The notes beneath the pieces are model-generated. The model did no database searches. It was not told the origin of the DNA and was given only the letters and a program-made list of their open reading frames with translations. Both the position numbers and the translations under genes were made by a program. This document shows positions 35,852-46,055 of a DNA stretch of 64,000 bases, one piece after another. Source of the stretch: a virus (Duplodnaviria; Caudoviricetes). Location of the stretch: the IMG/VR virus record IMGVR_UViG_3300005739_000025; one strand, 5' to 3'. The stretch's first letter is position 1; every line of letters begins with the position of its first letter.

Positions 35852-37146
35852 TTAATCTAAAAAATACTACCCTTGTTGTTGTCGATACTAAACAGCCTCA
35901 TTTAGCTGTAAAAGCTTTAGAAAAAACTTGTGAAAGCATTGACTTTAAAAGAGTAATTTTATTTTCCGATAAAAAGCCTTTTAATTTTAATAATAAATTT
36001 GAATTTATAGAGATTCCTAATATTACAAATTTAGTTGAGTATAGTAAATTTATTGTTAATAAGCTCCCTGATTATATTGATACAGATTTTGTTTTTAGTA
36101 TACATCATGATGGTTTTGTTATAAACCCAGATAAATGGAATGATGATTTCTTAAAATATGACTGGATAGGTGCTCCTTGGAAAAAAGACGCACATTTCTT
36201 ATACAAAGGTGAAAGAGTAGGAAATGGTGGGGTATCTATTAGAAGTAAAAAATTAATGGATCTTGCTAAAATGTATGATTGCGATAACCATGAAGATACA
36301 TTTATATGTTGCAACTTAAGACCGTTTTTAGCTAATAAAGGTATAAAATTTGCTCCATTAGATTTAGCTGCAAAATTTTCAATAGAATTTGGAAGTGATG
36401 ATTTAAATGTAGAGTTTGAAGATGTTTTTGCCTTTCACGGCAAACACACACCTAAACATATTAATGAAATTAAAAATCTACACTTCAAGTACTACAAAGA
36501 AGATCTAATTAAAATGGATCAAGAACAACTTAAAGCTTGGCTAAGAGAAGAAGCAGGTAGCAGCCAACCGGACTATTTTTATTGTAAAACAAAAGGTAAT
36601 TTAACCCTACAACAAATACCAGAAGAATATTTTGAATTGCTTCAAATATTTAAAAATTCTAATATTAAAACATATCTTGAGCTAGGTGTAGCCAACGGTG
36701 GGAGCTTTTTTGTAAATTCTATATTTTTACAAAATACAGCAGAACAATTACATTGTGTAGATAATTTAGCTTACAAAGACACCCATGTTAAGCAGACTAA
36801 AGAAAAGATAGAATCTAAAGTTAATAAGCTTAAAGAATTATTCCCTGAAAAAGAATTTAAATTCTTTAATTCCACAACAGATGAATTTTTTGCTCAAAAT
36901 AAAAAGACCTACGATTGTATTTTTATAGATGCAGATCATTCCTATGAAGGAGTTAAAAAAGATTTTGAAAATGCTTTAGAGGTCCTGAACGAAAATGGCA
37001 TATTAATATTCCATGATATTGCTAACGCTGAAGTAGGTGTTTGTAAATTGTGGAATGAAATAAAAGACAATTTTAAAGATAGCAAAGAATTTAAGTACTC
37101 TGCAGTTGAATGGTATAATTGCGGTATTGGAGTAATTTATACATAA
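35848..37146 (+). CDS. DUF5672-like GT domain fused to class I SAM methyltransferase
   Basis: HHDGFV...YDWIGAPW...VGNGGVSIRSKK..ED; C-terminal YLELGVANGGS, IFIDADHSYEGVKKD, IFHDI. Confidence 0.8.
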   Translation: MINLKNTTLVVVDTKQPHLAVKALEKTCESIDFKRVILFSDKKPFNFNNKFEFIEIPNITNLVEYSKFIVNKLPDYIDTDFVFSIHHDGFVINPDKWNDDFLKYDWIGAPWKKDAHFLYKGERVGNGGVSIRSKKLMDLAKMYDCDNHEDTFICCNLRPFLANKGIKFAPLDLAAKFSIEFGSDDLNVEFEDVFAFHGKHTPKHINEIKNLHFKYYKEDLIKMDQEQLKAWLREEAGSSQPDYFYCKTKGNLTLQQIPEEYFELLQIFKNSNIKTYLELGVANGGSFFVNSIFLQNTAEQLHCVDNLAYKDTHVKQTKEKIESKVNKLKELFPEKEFKFFNSTTDEFFAQNKKTYDCIFIDADHSYEGVKKDFENALEVLNENGILIFHDIANAEVGVCKLWNEIKDNFKDSKEFKYSAVEWYNCGIGVIYT

Positions 37147-37934
37147 TGGGTAATGAGCTTAATGTTAAAATAGCGGTTAATTCCGTCATTTCTCACTCAC
37201 GTAAATCTATTCCAATTTTAGTTGAATCTTTACTATTGGCGGGTTTTAAGGAGACAGATATATTAATCGTTGAAGGTGGGTATACAGAAAGAACAGTAGA
37301 AGATCATTTAGGTTTAAAATATATTAAAACAGACCATAACTCAATTGATTTTACAGGGCTAATAGAGATAGTAGAACACAGTATACCAGCTGATTATTGG
37401 TTCTACATGCATGATACTGCTGCTGTAGGTAAAAATTTTAGAAATATATTATTAGAGAAATTAGATACAAATTATCAAAAAATTGCTTTATACGATAGTA
37501 GAGCCTCAATGAATATAGGAGCCTATAAATTTGACTATCTAATGAAACATAGAAATTATTTATTAACTAGAAAAAATACTGATTATTCTAGGTTTAGTAT
37601 ATTAGAAGCAAAGCGGGTAGCTACAATGCAGGAAGATTTACTGCTTTGGAAATTAGGCGATACACCTTGTGGCTGTTTTGGTACAGATAGATTAGAACCT
37701 ACACCTCCAGAAGATTTAAAGTATCTTACAGATGTTCTTAAGGTAGATCTCAATCCAATTAACGTTGAGCTATATGATGGAGAACAAACTATAGTTTGCT
37801 ATAGACCTTACGGGGAAGAGTTTGCACCTAGATTGATAGAGTATTATAAACATTTAGATTTTTATAAATTTAAATCTAATTATGGTGCAAATAACCCTAC
37901 AGGTGATAGAGAAAAATTTGTAATAAATTTATAG
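37146..37934 (+). CDS. Putative glycosyltransferase-related protein
   Basis: TAATG-coupled start MGNELN; YWFYMHDT motif; cluster context. Confidence 0.6.
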   Translation: MGNELNVKIAVNSVISHSRKSIPILVESLLLAGFKETDILIVEGGYTERTVEDHLGLKYIKTDHNSIDFTGLIEIVEHSIPADYWFYMHDTAAVGKNFRNILLEKLDTNYQKIALYDSRASMNIGAYKFDYLMKHRNYLLTRKNTDYSRFSILEAKRVATMQEDLLLWKLGDTPCGCFGTDRLEPTPPEDLKYLTDVLKVDLNPINVELYDGEQTIVCYRPYGEEFAPRLIEYYKHLDFYKFKSNYGANNPTGDREKFVINL

Positions 37935-37935
37935 T

Positions 37936-38580
37936 ATGAATATAGTTGGAAAACTTATAAGCAATTATAAGCCTAACAATAACAAATTGTTTAATTTTGT
38001 TATACCAACTTTTGAAGGCGGTTATAAACTTGAAGTTATAATAAATTGTTTATTAGCTCAAACTAAACAAAATCATCATATTACAGTAGTTTCAGACGGA
38101 CCAGAAGATAATACAATAAAACAATTACAGAAGTATTATAATTTAGAAAACTTCAGTTATTATACTTTAGATCGTAGATATAATGACTGGGGCCATACAC
38201 CTAGAAATTTTGGTCTTTATCAATCTGAATGTTTGTTTACAATAATGACGGGGTTTGATAATTATTATATGCCAGTATTTGTGAATTCTTTTGAAAAAAA
38301 ATACTTAGATAATAATAATGTAGGTTTTATATATTGTGATTTTGTTTTAAATCATCCTAGAGAAGGTGTCTGGTATCACAAATATTTGGATGCAAAAGTA
38401 ATTAATAGTAGTATTGATATAGGTTGCTTTGCTGCAAGAACAGATATAATTAAAGAAGTAGGTTTAAGAAACGATGTTTTCGCTGCTGATTGGTATCTTA
38501 TAGAAGGTATGTTACCTAAATTTGAGCAAAGAAATCTACAGATAGAAAAAGTGAATCAAACTTTATATGTCCACAACTGA
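37936..38580 (+). CDS. Glycosyltransferase family 2
   Basis: FVIPTF, VVSDG, WGHTPRNFG, GFDNYY, ADW. Confidence 0.8.
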   Translation: MNIVGKLISNYKPNNNKLFNFVIPTFEGGYKLEVIINCLLAQTKQNHHITVVSDGPEDNTIKQLQKYYNLENFSYYTLDRRYNDWGHTPRNFGLYQSECLFTIMTGFDNYYMPVFVNSFEKKYLDNNNVGFIYCDFVLNHPREGVWYHKYLDAKVINSSIDIGCFAARTDIIKEVGLRNDVFAADWYLIEGMLPKFEQRNLQIEKVNQTLYVHN

Positions 38581-39310
38581 TCCAACAATTACAGTAGTAG
38601 CAATTGCTTATAATGAAGAGGAGATGATGCCGTTCTTCTTAAATCATTACAGTAAATTTTGTGAACATATAGTTATCTACGATAACCATTCTACTGATAA
38701 TACAGAAAAAATTTGTAACGCTTTTGATAAGTGTAAAGTTACTGTGGTTAAGTATGATACTAATAACACATTAAATGATGAAAAATATCTTGAAATAAAA
38801 AACAATGTATACAGGGATTACAATACCGATTATTGTATTGTTGTAGATTCTGATGAATTTCTGTACCATGAAAATATGAAAGATTTTCTTAAACAACATA
38901 AAGATGTTAGTGTTTTTAAACCTCAAGGTTATAACATGATCTCTGAAGTATTTCCCAAAGGCGAAGACATAATGGAGGTTAAGACTGGAGCACCAGAGAT
39001 AAACTACTGCAAAAAGTGTCTATTTAAAATTAAAGATATAGGTAGAATAAACTATATTATGGGGTGTCACGCTGGTGACTTCTACGACCATAACGGTAAT
39101 ATGATAGAACCTGTTTATAACAGCGACTTAAAACTCTTACATTATAAAAATCTATCTTTTGAGTATAGATATAACAGAAGCGTTTTATTTGAAAAGAGAA
39201 TGAGCGAGTTTAATAGATCTACAGGATTCGGTATACATTATACCTTTACTAGAGATAGACAACTAGCAGAATTTAATGTATTGCTTTCACAAGCAACAAA
39301 AGTAATATAA
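38567..39310 (+). CDS. Glycosyltransferase family 2-like
   Basis: AYNEEEMMPFFLNHY, IYDNHSTD, VVDSDEF, LLHYK. Confidence 0.85.
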   Translation: MSTTDPTITVVAIAYNEEEMMPFFLNHYSKFCEHIVIYDNHSTDNTEKICNAFDKCKVTVVKYDTNNTLNDEKYLEIKNNVYRDYNTDYCIVVDSDEFLYHENMKDFLKQHKDVSVFKPQGYNMISEVFPKGEDIMEVKTGAPEINYCKKCLFKIKDIGRINYIMGCHAGDFYDHNGNMIEPVYNSDLKLLHYKNLSFEYRYNRSVLFEKRMSEFNRSTGFGIHYTFTRDRQLAEFNVLLSQATKVI

Positions 39311-39314
39311 TATT

Positions 39315-39860
39315 ATGCCTACAGAAACAGGAATTTATTTAAAAGAAGAAATAGAATACGGTCATTTACATTCTAAAAGTTTATTGAATAATATAACTCA
39401 TATTATCGATAATAGTTTACCAGTAATAGACTTTGGTTGCGGAACAGGTTATTATGTGGAAGAGCTTAATAAAAAGGGTTATAAAGCTATAGGAGTTGAC
39501 GGTATATACATAGGCGATAATAAGGATATTAAAATTTTAGATATATCTGAACATGTTGATTTAGGTATAAAAGGAAATGTTATATCTCTTGAGGTTGGAG
39601 AACATATACCTGAACAAAAAGAAGATATTTTTATTAGCAATTTAATTAATCACTGTTCTAATATTTTAATACTATCTTGGGCTGTGGAAGGACAAATGGG
39701 TATAGGACATATAAATTGTAAAAATAATAACTATATAATTAATAAATTAATAGATTACGGTTTTGAGTTTAGTGAAAATATGACAAAAATTTTAAAACAT
39801 AACATTGAACAGCATTGTAACTATTTTTATAACACTTTAATGGGATTTAAAAAAATATGA
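39315..39860 (+). CDS. Class I SAM-dependent methyltransferase
   Basis: VIDFGCGTGYY, GVDG, SLEVGEHI, GQMGIGHINC. Confidence 0.85.
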   Translation: MPTETGIYLKEEIEYGHLHSKSLLNNITHIIDNSLPVIDFGCGTGYYVEELNKKGYKAIGVDGIYIGDNKDIKILDISEHVDLGIKGNVISLEVGEHIPEQKEDIFISNLINHCSNILILSWAVEGQMGIGHINCKNNNYIINKLIDYGFEFSENMTKILKHNIEQHCNYFYNTLMGFKKI

Positions 39861-40501
39861 CACCAATTTCTGTAGTTTTAACTTCTTGTGGAAGACATGA
39901 CTTGTTAGATCAAACAATAGTCTCTTTTAACAACACAAATACCTACCCTATAGATGAATTTATAATAATAAATGATTCCGGTAAAGATGAAGATTTTGAT
40001 TATTTAAGAAAAAAATATACTCCAAATTTTAAAATAATTCATAATAATAAACAATTAGGTCAACTAAAGACTATAGATAAGGCATATGACTTTGCTAATA
40101 ATTTCTACATATTTCATTTAGAAGACGATTGGTTATTTGAAGAAAAAAATTATTATATCGAAAATTCACTATCAATTTTGGATAATAATTACGATATTCA
40201 CCAAGTTTGGCTTAGACATGAATATGATAATCCTCATAAATGTAAAACTGAAGAAATAGATTTAGATGGGGTAAAGGCATTTGAAGTTGAACGCAATTAT
40301 CAAGATGTTTGGAATGGGTTTTCTTTTAACCCAGGTTTAAGAAGAAAGACAGATTATAATACTATGTTTCCTAATGGATATTCAGAATTTGCAGACGAAA
40401 AAGAGTGTGCAATTCAATCAGCAAAATTTGATTATAAAGTTATTAGATTAAAAAACACCACTTGTAGACATTTAGGTTATGGAAGATCAACAAGTAATTG
40501 A
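39857..40501 (+). CDS. Glycosyltransferase family 2-like
   Basis: LTSCGR.DLL, IFHLEDDW, FSFNPGLRR, RHLG. Confidence 0.8.
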   Translation: MTPISVVLTSCGRHDLLDQTIVSFNNTNTYPIDEFIIINDSGKDEDFDYLRKKYTPNFKIIHNNKQLGQLKTIDKAYDFANNFYIFHLEDDWLFEEKNYYIENSLSILDNNYDIHQVWLRHEYDNPHKCKTEEIDLDGVKAFEVERNYQDVWNGFSFNPGLRRKTDYNTMFPNGYSEFADEKECAIQSAKFDYKVIRLKNTTCRHLGYGRSTSN

Positions 40502-41147
40502 AAATTTAATTTTAGGAGAGACCTGTTTACTTAATGTTCAATTAAGAAGATTGGGTATTACTTCAGGACCGCATAATATTTTCGATAACGCTTTAGTAAA
40601 CTTGGACGGTGTATATGAGATCGTTAATAATGATTTTCAAGATATGATATCTAGCTGTGATTTCAAACGCTATACATTTTACCCAGACCATAACATTTCC
40701 TACAGCAAGTTTATTAGTTCAAAATATACTTTAGATAAAGATAATATATTTTCCTGGGATGTATTTTCACATTTTCACACAGACTCGTTATCTCAAGATA
40801 TTATAGATAGTTTAGAAAGAAAAATACAACGAACAAAATTGTTATTTGAAAATAAAAATAAGCTAAGATTGTTCTATTACTATAGATATAGTAAAAAATA
40901 TAATATAGAGAAATTAAAAGAAAAAATTAATGAATTTTTAAATCTTTTGAAATTTAAATATAATAAAGAATTTAAGTTTGTTTTATTGACTAACAATATA
41001 GTAGAAAATAATAAAAACTTAATTTACATTAACGATAGTTTTCAACATTTTCATTTTGATACAGTAAATTCTTGGATTGGGATAGATGAAAATTGGGATG
41101 GTAAGAGTGATAATGATTTATTCGATTTAATGAAGGAGAAGCTATGA
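40479..41147 (+). CDS. Hypothetical protein (possibly DUF1796-like)
   Basis: LGETC...LRRLG...FD N-terminus, F.H; weak recall. Confidence 0.5.
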   Translation: MEDQQVIENLILGETCLLNVQLRRLGITSGPHNIFDNALVNLDGVYEIVNNDFQDMISSCDFKRYTFYPDHNISYSKFISSKYTLDKDNIFSWDVFSHFHTDSLSQDIIDSLERKIQRTKLLFENKNKLRLFYYYRYSKKYNIEKLKEKINEFLNLLKFKYNKEFKFVLLTNNIVENNKNLIYINDSFQHFHFDTVNSWIGIDENWDGKSDNDLFDLMKEKL

Positions 41148-41713
41148 AAACCCTTATAGTATCTAGATTTAATGAAGATTTAGATTGGTTATATAAAGTT
41201 AAAGATTGGAAAATAGCTCTATACAACAAAGGTCAAGATATTAATTTAGATTGTATAAAACTACCTAATGTTGGTAGAGAGGCAGAAACTTATCTCAACT
41301 TTATTGTTAACAACTACGATACTTTAAAAGGAATATATGCATTTTTTCAGGGTTATCCCTATGGACATGGTTTAAGTAATAATGAAAATATAATTTCAGA
41401 TTTAGAAAGTATAAATGAAAATTTAGGTTTTCAATTTTTTAAAAATTCTAGAATTTTGTACTGTGACCATAGAGGGTTACCAGATCATGACACAGGGTTA
41501 AATATTAAAGATTACGTAAGTAAGTATAATATAAAAATACCAGAAGTATTGACGTTTTCACCAGGAGCTCAATTTGTCGTAAAGGCTGAAAATATTAAGC
41601 TCAGAGATAAAACATTTTATATAAATTTACTCAATTCAGTTAACTACGATATCAAACCGGTAGAAAGTTATATTTTAGAAAGATTATGGAAATACATTTT
41701 TGAAAATGAATAA
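41144..41713 (+). CDS. DUF3431-like protein
   Basis: IVSRFNEDLDW, YNKG, LPNVGREAETYL, FFQG.PY.H, GAQF.V, LER.W. Confidence 0.8.
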   Translation: MKTLIVSRFNEDLDWLYKVKDWKIALYNKGQDINLDCIKLPNVGREAETYLNFIVNNYDTLKGIYAFFQGYPYGHGLSNNENIISDLESINENLGFQFFKNSRILYCDHRGLPDHDTGLNIKDYVSKYNIKIPEVLTFSPGAQFVVKAENIKLRDKTFYINLLNSVNYDIKPVESYILERLWKYIFENE

Positions 41714-42392
41714 ATTTTGTTTAATTCCGTTTTTTGGGGGTGATAGTTCCGCAGCTCATAGTAAAAAAGAAAAAAGAAAAGAGTACTTAATAAAAACTAT
41801 AGGTAGTTTAAAAAAAGATTTTAATAATATATTAATTACTGTTTTTAATAACTATGATAAAGATCTAATAAAAGACGCACATGATAATATTTTTATTATT
41901 GAATGTAATCCTGTTTATTTACCATCCACATCTATAAGATTTGTACAAAAAGAATTTTCATTCGATTCAATTTTAGTTACAGAGGCTGATCACAAATTTA
42001 TTATAAATTTTAATCTTATAGACAATAACCTAAAAGATAATAATTATTTTTCTCCCCATAGATTAGAAAAAGTTTATAATAAAAGCAAATTAGTAGATAA
42101 TAATATTGAAGTAAAAGGGATTTCATACAATTTACCCAATACTCCAAAAGAGTTAAGCAATGTTATAGATGAAAATTTTTATTTACCGGTAAATGCCTAT
42201 ACTGCATTTGGAGGTTCTTTTTACTGTTCTGAAAGAGTTTTTAAAAATGTTATATTTAAAGACTCTATAGAATACCCCGTAGAGCATGCGACAGGGTTTG
42301 ACATGTACCATTCAGGCAATAAATGTTATAGAACGATTAACGTATTTGATTTTTGTAATATACACTTAAGTGGTGAAGAGTATTTACAATAG
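41700..42392 (+). CDS. Hypothetical protein, end of glycosylation cluster
   Basis: Long ORF; VTEADH, PHRLE, GGSFY, VEHATG. Confidence 0.75.
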   Translation: MKMNKFCLIPFFGGDSSAAHSKKEKRKEYLIKTIGSLKKDFNNILITVFNNYDKDLIKDAHDNIFIIECNPVYLPSTSIRFVQKEFSFDSILVTEADHKFIINFNLIDNNLKDNNYFSPHRLEKVYNKSKLVDNNIEVKGISYNLPNTPKELSNVIDENFYLPVNAYTAFGGSFYCSERVFKNVIFKDSIEYPVEHATGFDMYHSGNKCYRTINVFDFCNIHLSGEEYLQ

Positions 42393-42857
42393 TGCTGCTT
42401 GAAAGTGCATCCAGTCGTAATTTTTAACCCTACCTAAACTGACCCAACCTTCAGATTCTACAATCTTCCAAAAAGCTTCGTACTCTTTTTTAGCAAATAC
42501 TGCTTTATCTTTTTTCCATTTTAATCTATTTCTATCTGGGTCTAAATCTACAGCAGCACCCCAAGAATGTATAGACCATGCAGATCCACCACGCATTTTA
42601 CGAACGTTTAAACAACCACCGAAACTATTTAATTTAAGCTTTTGTATCTCTTTTAAACCGTATGTTTTTAACGTTTGTTCGAAAATCTTATACAATGATT
42701 CAGCACATTTTTTATTACAGGACATCTTTCTTACTTTAGCTTTTATATCCCACGCTAAATACATTTCATATGGTAAATCAATCTTAATTTGATTCTCTCC
42801 TACAGATCCATAATAGGATGTCATTGATGCAAAATTTTGTTTTGGCCACTTATTCAT
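42384..42857 (-). CDS. Endolysin, M15 family peptidase
   Basis: GGCLNVRKMRGG..WSIHSWGAAVDLDP...DWMHFQ (SxHxxGxAxD ... HxQ). Confidence 0.9.
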   Translation of the reverse strand: MNKWPKQNFASMTSYYGSVGENQIKIDLPYEMYLAWDIKAKVRKMSCNKKCAESLYKIFEQTLKTYGLKEIQKLKLNSFGGCLNVRKMRGGSAWSIHSWGAAVDLDPDRNRLKWKKDKAVFAKKEYEAFWKIVESEGWVSLGRVKNYDWMHFQAALL

Positions 42858-43320
42858 ATGGTTGATTTTCTACCCAGTTTAAAGGTGCATAAGATCTATC
42901 ACTTTTATACTTATCAGCATACAATTGAACAATTGTTTCTTGTACTTCTTCTTTAACATACTGTATATCACCCTTTAATGATGTATTGGATTCAGTATTG
43001 TATCTAAAATCTATAGCTGCTTGTAATCCTAGATACGCTGAAATTATAATAGCAAAAATTTTTATCGTCTCAACAAATATAGTTACAAATGGTGTTGTTA
43101 TAGTGGGTAATGGAGCTGTTAAGAAAAGAATAAAAACACTAATACCGTAAAATAGTATTAACATTAATATGGAAGTAAACACAACAAAAAATTTCTTACT
43201 TCTAAGGAAATTAATAGATTTCATTTCCTCAACATAATTTGTAGGTGTGTTTGGCGGTACTTTATCGTGACTAAGCATTGCAGCAATAGACTGACCAAAT
43301 TGGACTACTCTGTCCCACAT
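42850..43320 (-). CDS. Holin-like membrane protein
   Basis: Two hydrophobic segments after RSKKF; adjacent to the endolysin; TAAATA 5 nt before ATG. Confidence 0.65.
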   Translation of the reverse strand: MWDRVVQFGQSIAAMLSHDKVPPNTPTNYVEEMKSINFLRSKKFFVVFTSILMLILFYGISVFILFLTAPLPTITTPFVTIFVETIKIFAIIISAYLGLQAAIDFRYNTESNTSLKGDIQYVKEEVQETIVQLYADKYKSDRSYAPLNWVENQPYE

Positions 43321-43348
43321 GTAATTATTTAGTCAAATAGACTAATAA

Positions 43349-43468
43349 TTAGAATATTAAAGCGCCCAATATAAACGCAACAATTAATCCTATAATTACA
43401 CCTGCTTTTTTGGGATTTTCTTTTATCCAATTATCGATTTTAAGATAATATTTTGTTAATTTATCCAT
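43349..43468 (-). CDS. 39-aa single-TM protein (not in ORF track)
   Basis: MDKLTKYYLKIDNWIKENPKKAGVIIGLIVAFILGALIF*; TAATG-coupled to upstream gene. Confidence 0.7.
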   Translation of the reverse strand: MDKLTKYYLKIDNWIKENPKKAGVIIGLIVAFILGALIF

Positions 43469-43995
43469 TATAGTAAAAACCAAACTAATGATGAAAACAA
43501 TAACGCACCACCAAATGGCACACCTAGATTATATGGAGGAGGCGCTAAATTCATAAATTGTAGTCCAAGAAGTACACCAACACCTGCAGCAATTACAGCT
43601 GCAATTAATTTTAATCTATGATAACGCTTTACTGCAGCATTATACTTTTCCATAAATTTCTGTGCTTCAGCTTGTTGTATTATTCCCCACTCTTTTAAAG
43701 CATCAGCTGATTTTTGAACTTTTACTGTTCTTTCTTCACTTTGTTTTAATTTAGCCTGAGCGTTAGCTAATGATACTTTTAATTTAGCATTTTCTTCTTT
43801 AGCTGAAACCAACTCAGCTTTAATTTCTTTAACTATATTTCTTCCTTCAGATAGAGTTGGTTTTTTAGGCTCTTCTTTTAAAACTTGCTGTTGTTCTTGA
43901 ACTTTAGGCTGTTTTTTAACAAATGGCCAAGAATAGCCAGTTGAAATAAGTAACATTAATAAAACGGCTGCTGTTAATATTTTTTTCATAATCAT
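43468..43995 (-). CDS. Spanin-like coiled-coil membrane protein
   Basis: Signal-peptide-like N-terminus, long coiled coil, two C-terminal hydrophobic segments; lysis context. Confidence 0.6.
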   Translation of the reverse strand: MIMKKILTAAVLLMLLISTGYSWPFVKKQPKVQEQQQVLKEEPKKPTLSEGRNIVKEIKAELVSAKEENAKLKVSLANAQAKLKQSEERTVKVQKSADALKEWGIIQQAEAQKFMEKYNAAVKRYHRLKLIAAVIAAGVGVLLGLQFMNLAPPPYNLGVPFGGALLFSSLVWFLL

Positions 43996-44270
43996 TCAGG
44001 TTTTAAAACTACTTTATCTTTAGCAAACAAGAGTTCTATTTGTTCTAAAAGTGTATCCAATCTTTCTGCTAATCTTAATGCTCTGTCTATCTTTACGGAA
44101 ACATTTTCATTTTCCTGATCTGCGTTATTAAGCTCATCTTTTACTTGTTTTAATGACTCAATAACTTTTTCAGTATTAACTTGAGGTGGTAGTGGTCTTT
44201 TATGTGCAGGGTCCAAACAAACACACCCAGTCAATAAAAGAATAGAACTTAAAATTAGAGCTAATCTCAT
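43992..44270 (-). CDS. Lipoprotein, o-spanin-like
   Basis: Lipobox LLLTGC, Pro-rich linker, coiled coil; ATGA-coupled to next gene. Confidence 0.7.
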   Translation of the reverse strand: MRLALILSSILLLTGCVCLDPAHKRPLPPQVNTEKVIESLKQVKDELNNADQENENVSVKIDRALRLAERLDTLLEQIELLFAKDKVVLKPE

Positions 44271-44334
44271 AATATAATTTATATTTATAGCATTAATTAA
44301 TCAACTTTTTTTTAATATTACATAAATAATTTTA

Positions 44335-46041
44335 GTGATAAACACAAACGTAGTTAGAAACTATCAAACTGCAGAATACGGTAAATTTGTTGAATTAAAA
44401 GATTCCAGGTATCCTGCAGTTTCTGTTACTAGATTTTCCTATCCAGATAACACAAACGCGTTTCCCTCTAATTCTAGTGCACAGACTGTATCCTCTGTGG
44501 AGATTTATCCAAAATACGGGGTTTTATCTTATATAACAAATTTTGACGATATGGCGGTAACTCTGTCTGCAGAAAATGTTAATATTGGTTCTGTTACAAT
44601 TAAAGACAATAATACCGGTGCCATGGCGGATGTTGTAGCTGATCCTGATAATGGTTTAAATGCCTTAAGAGTTATATCCCAGGATTTAGAGTCAATAATT
44701 GATGATGTAACAATAGGCGACAAACAAGGGAATACTGCCAGTGTTAACCCAGGTCTATCTGCGCTAATGGTTCAAGTTGTTAATACAGATCAAGCTCCTA
44801 ATAAGATAGCTTATGCTGACTCTCCTAATTTAGATGCATTTGGAAGATTGAGAGTGTCTGAACCTTTTTCATTATTTGATTCAAAGTCACTTCATGATTT
44901 GAGTCCTTTGGTGTTTAATCATGTATTGAGTGGCTCAGGAGATGCTCAGTTTGATATTAATGATGCATCAGTAAATTTGACAACTAATACAGCAAACAGT
45001 TTTGCAATAAGACAGACATTTACAAGATTTGGTTATCAGCCAGGAAAGAGTCAATATGCTTTATTCACAGGTGTAATGGAGCCTCAGCCTAATGTAATCA
45101 AAAGATATGGTCTTTTTACAAGCTTAACCGCTGTCCCTTATACACCAAATGTTGGTTTATATTTTGAAGCTTCTGACGGAGAAATGAGCGTTTGGATTAA
45201 TAACTTAAATGGTGGAACATCAACAACTCCATCCCAGTCAGCTGTAAGAGCTAATTGGAACTTAGACCCGATGAATGGTAATGGTCCAAGTGGTATTAAT
45301 TTATCTTTTGATAAAGCTCAAATCTTTGTAATAGATTATGAGTGGCTTGGGGTAGGAAGAGTGAGGTTTGGTTTTGTAGTTGAAGGAAAAATATATTACT
45401 GTCACGAATTTAATAACGCAAATATTGTAACAGCTCCTTATCTCTTTACACCCAATTTACCTGTAAGAGCTGAAATAAGACAAACAGGTCCTGGTTCTGG
45501 TTCTTTTAGAGTCATTTGTCAAAGTGTAATGAGTGAAGGTGGTCACAATATGGCTGGTGTTACTCATAGTGTTTATACTTCAGCGGTCGGCCTTAATATT
45601 AATACAGCGGGTCAAAGAAGAGCTATTCTTGGCTTAAGACTACAATCAAATAAGCTAGACAGTATTACAGAAATTCTAAATGCATTTGTTGGAGTCAATC
45701 CAGGTGGTTCAAGCTCTGTGGCTCATTTTAGATGGGAAATTGTTTTAAACCCAACAATAGGAGGCACAACACCTGTTTGGACTAATATAACAAATTCAAA
45801 TCTTCAGAGCTTTATTGCATCAGATGAAACAAATACCGTTACAGGTGGTACAGATTTATTAACAGGTATTGGAAATGTTGGTACACCTATTGATATATTT
45901 TCTTCTAACTTTCAAAGATTTAAAAGATTAGGGTGTAGTATTAATGGTATAAGAGATGAGATATATCTTGTTATAACCCCTCTTGTTAACCCTGCTAATA
46001 ATGGGGTGTGGGGTACTTTAACTTACCTAGATGCAGATTAA
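44335..46041 (+). CDS. Virion structural protein (DAFGRLRVS / YQPGKS family)
   Basis: GTG 6 nt after TAAATA; LDAFGRLRVSEP, FGYQPGKSQ, IDYEWLGVGRVRFG motifs of large-phage lectin-like structural proteins. Confidence 0.8.
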   Translation: MINTNVVRNYQTAEYGKFVELKDSRYPAVSVTRFSYPDNTNAFPSNSSAQTVSSVEIYPKYGVLSYITNFDDMAVTLSAENVNIGSVTIKDNNTGAMADVVADPDNGLNALRVISQDLESIIDDVTIGDKQGNTASVNPGLSALMVQVVNTDQAPNKIAYADSPNLDAFGRLRVSEPFSLFDSKSLHDLSPLVFNHVLSGSGDAQFDINDASVNLTTNTANSFAIRQTFTRFGYQPGKSQYALFTGVMEPQPNVIKRYGLFTSLTAVPYTPNVGLYFEASDGEMSVWINNLNGGTSTTPSQSAVRANWNLDPMNGNGPSGINLSFDKAQIFVIDYEWLGVGRVRFGFVVEGKIYYCHEFNNANIVTAPYLFTPNLPVRAEIRQTGPGSGSFRVICQSVMSEGGHNMAGVTHSVYTSAVGLNINTAGQRRAILGLRLQSNKLDSITEILNAFVGVNPGGSSSVAHFRWEIVLNPTIGGTTPVWTNITNSNLQSFIASDETNTVTGGTDLLTGIGNVGTPIDIFSSNFQRFKRLGCSINGIRDEIYLVITPLVNPANNGVWGTLTYLDAD

Positions 46042-46055
46042 TAAATACTAATAGT

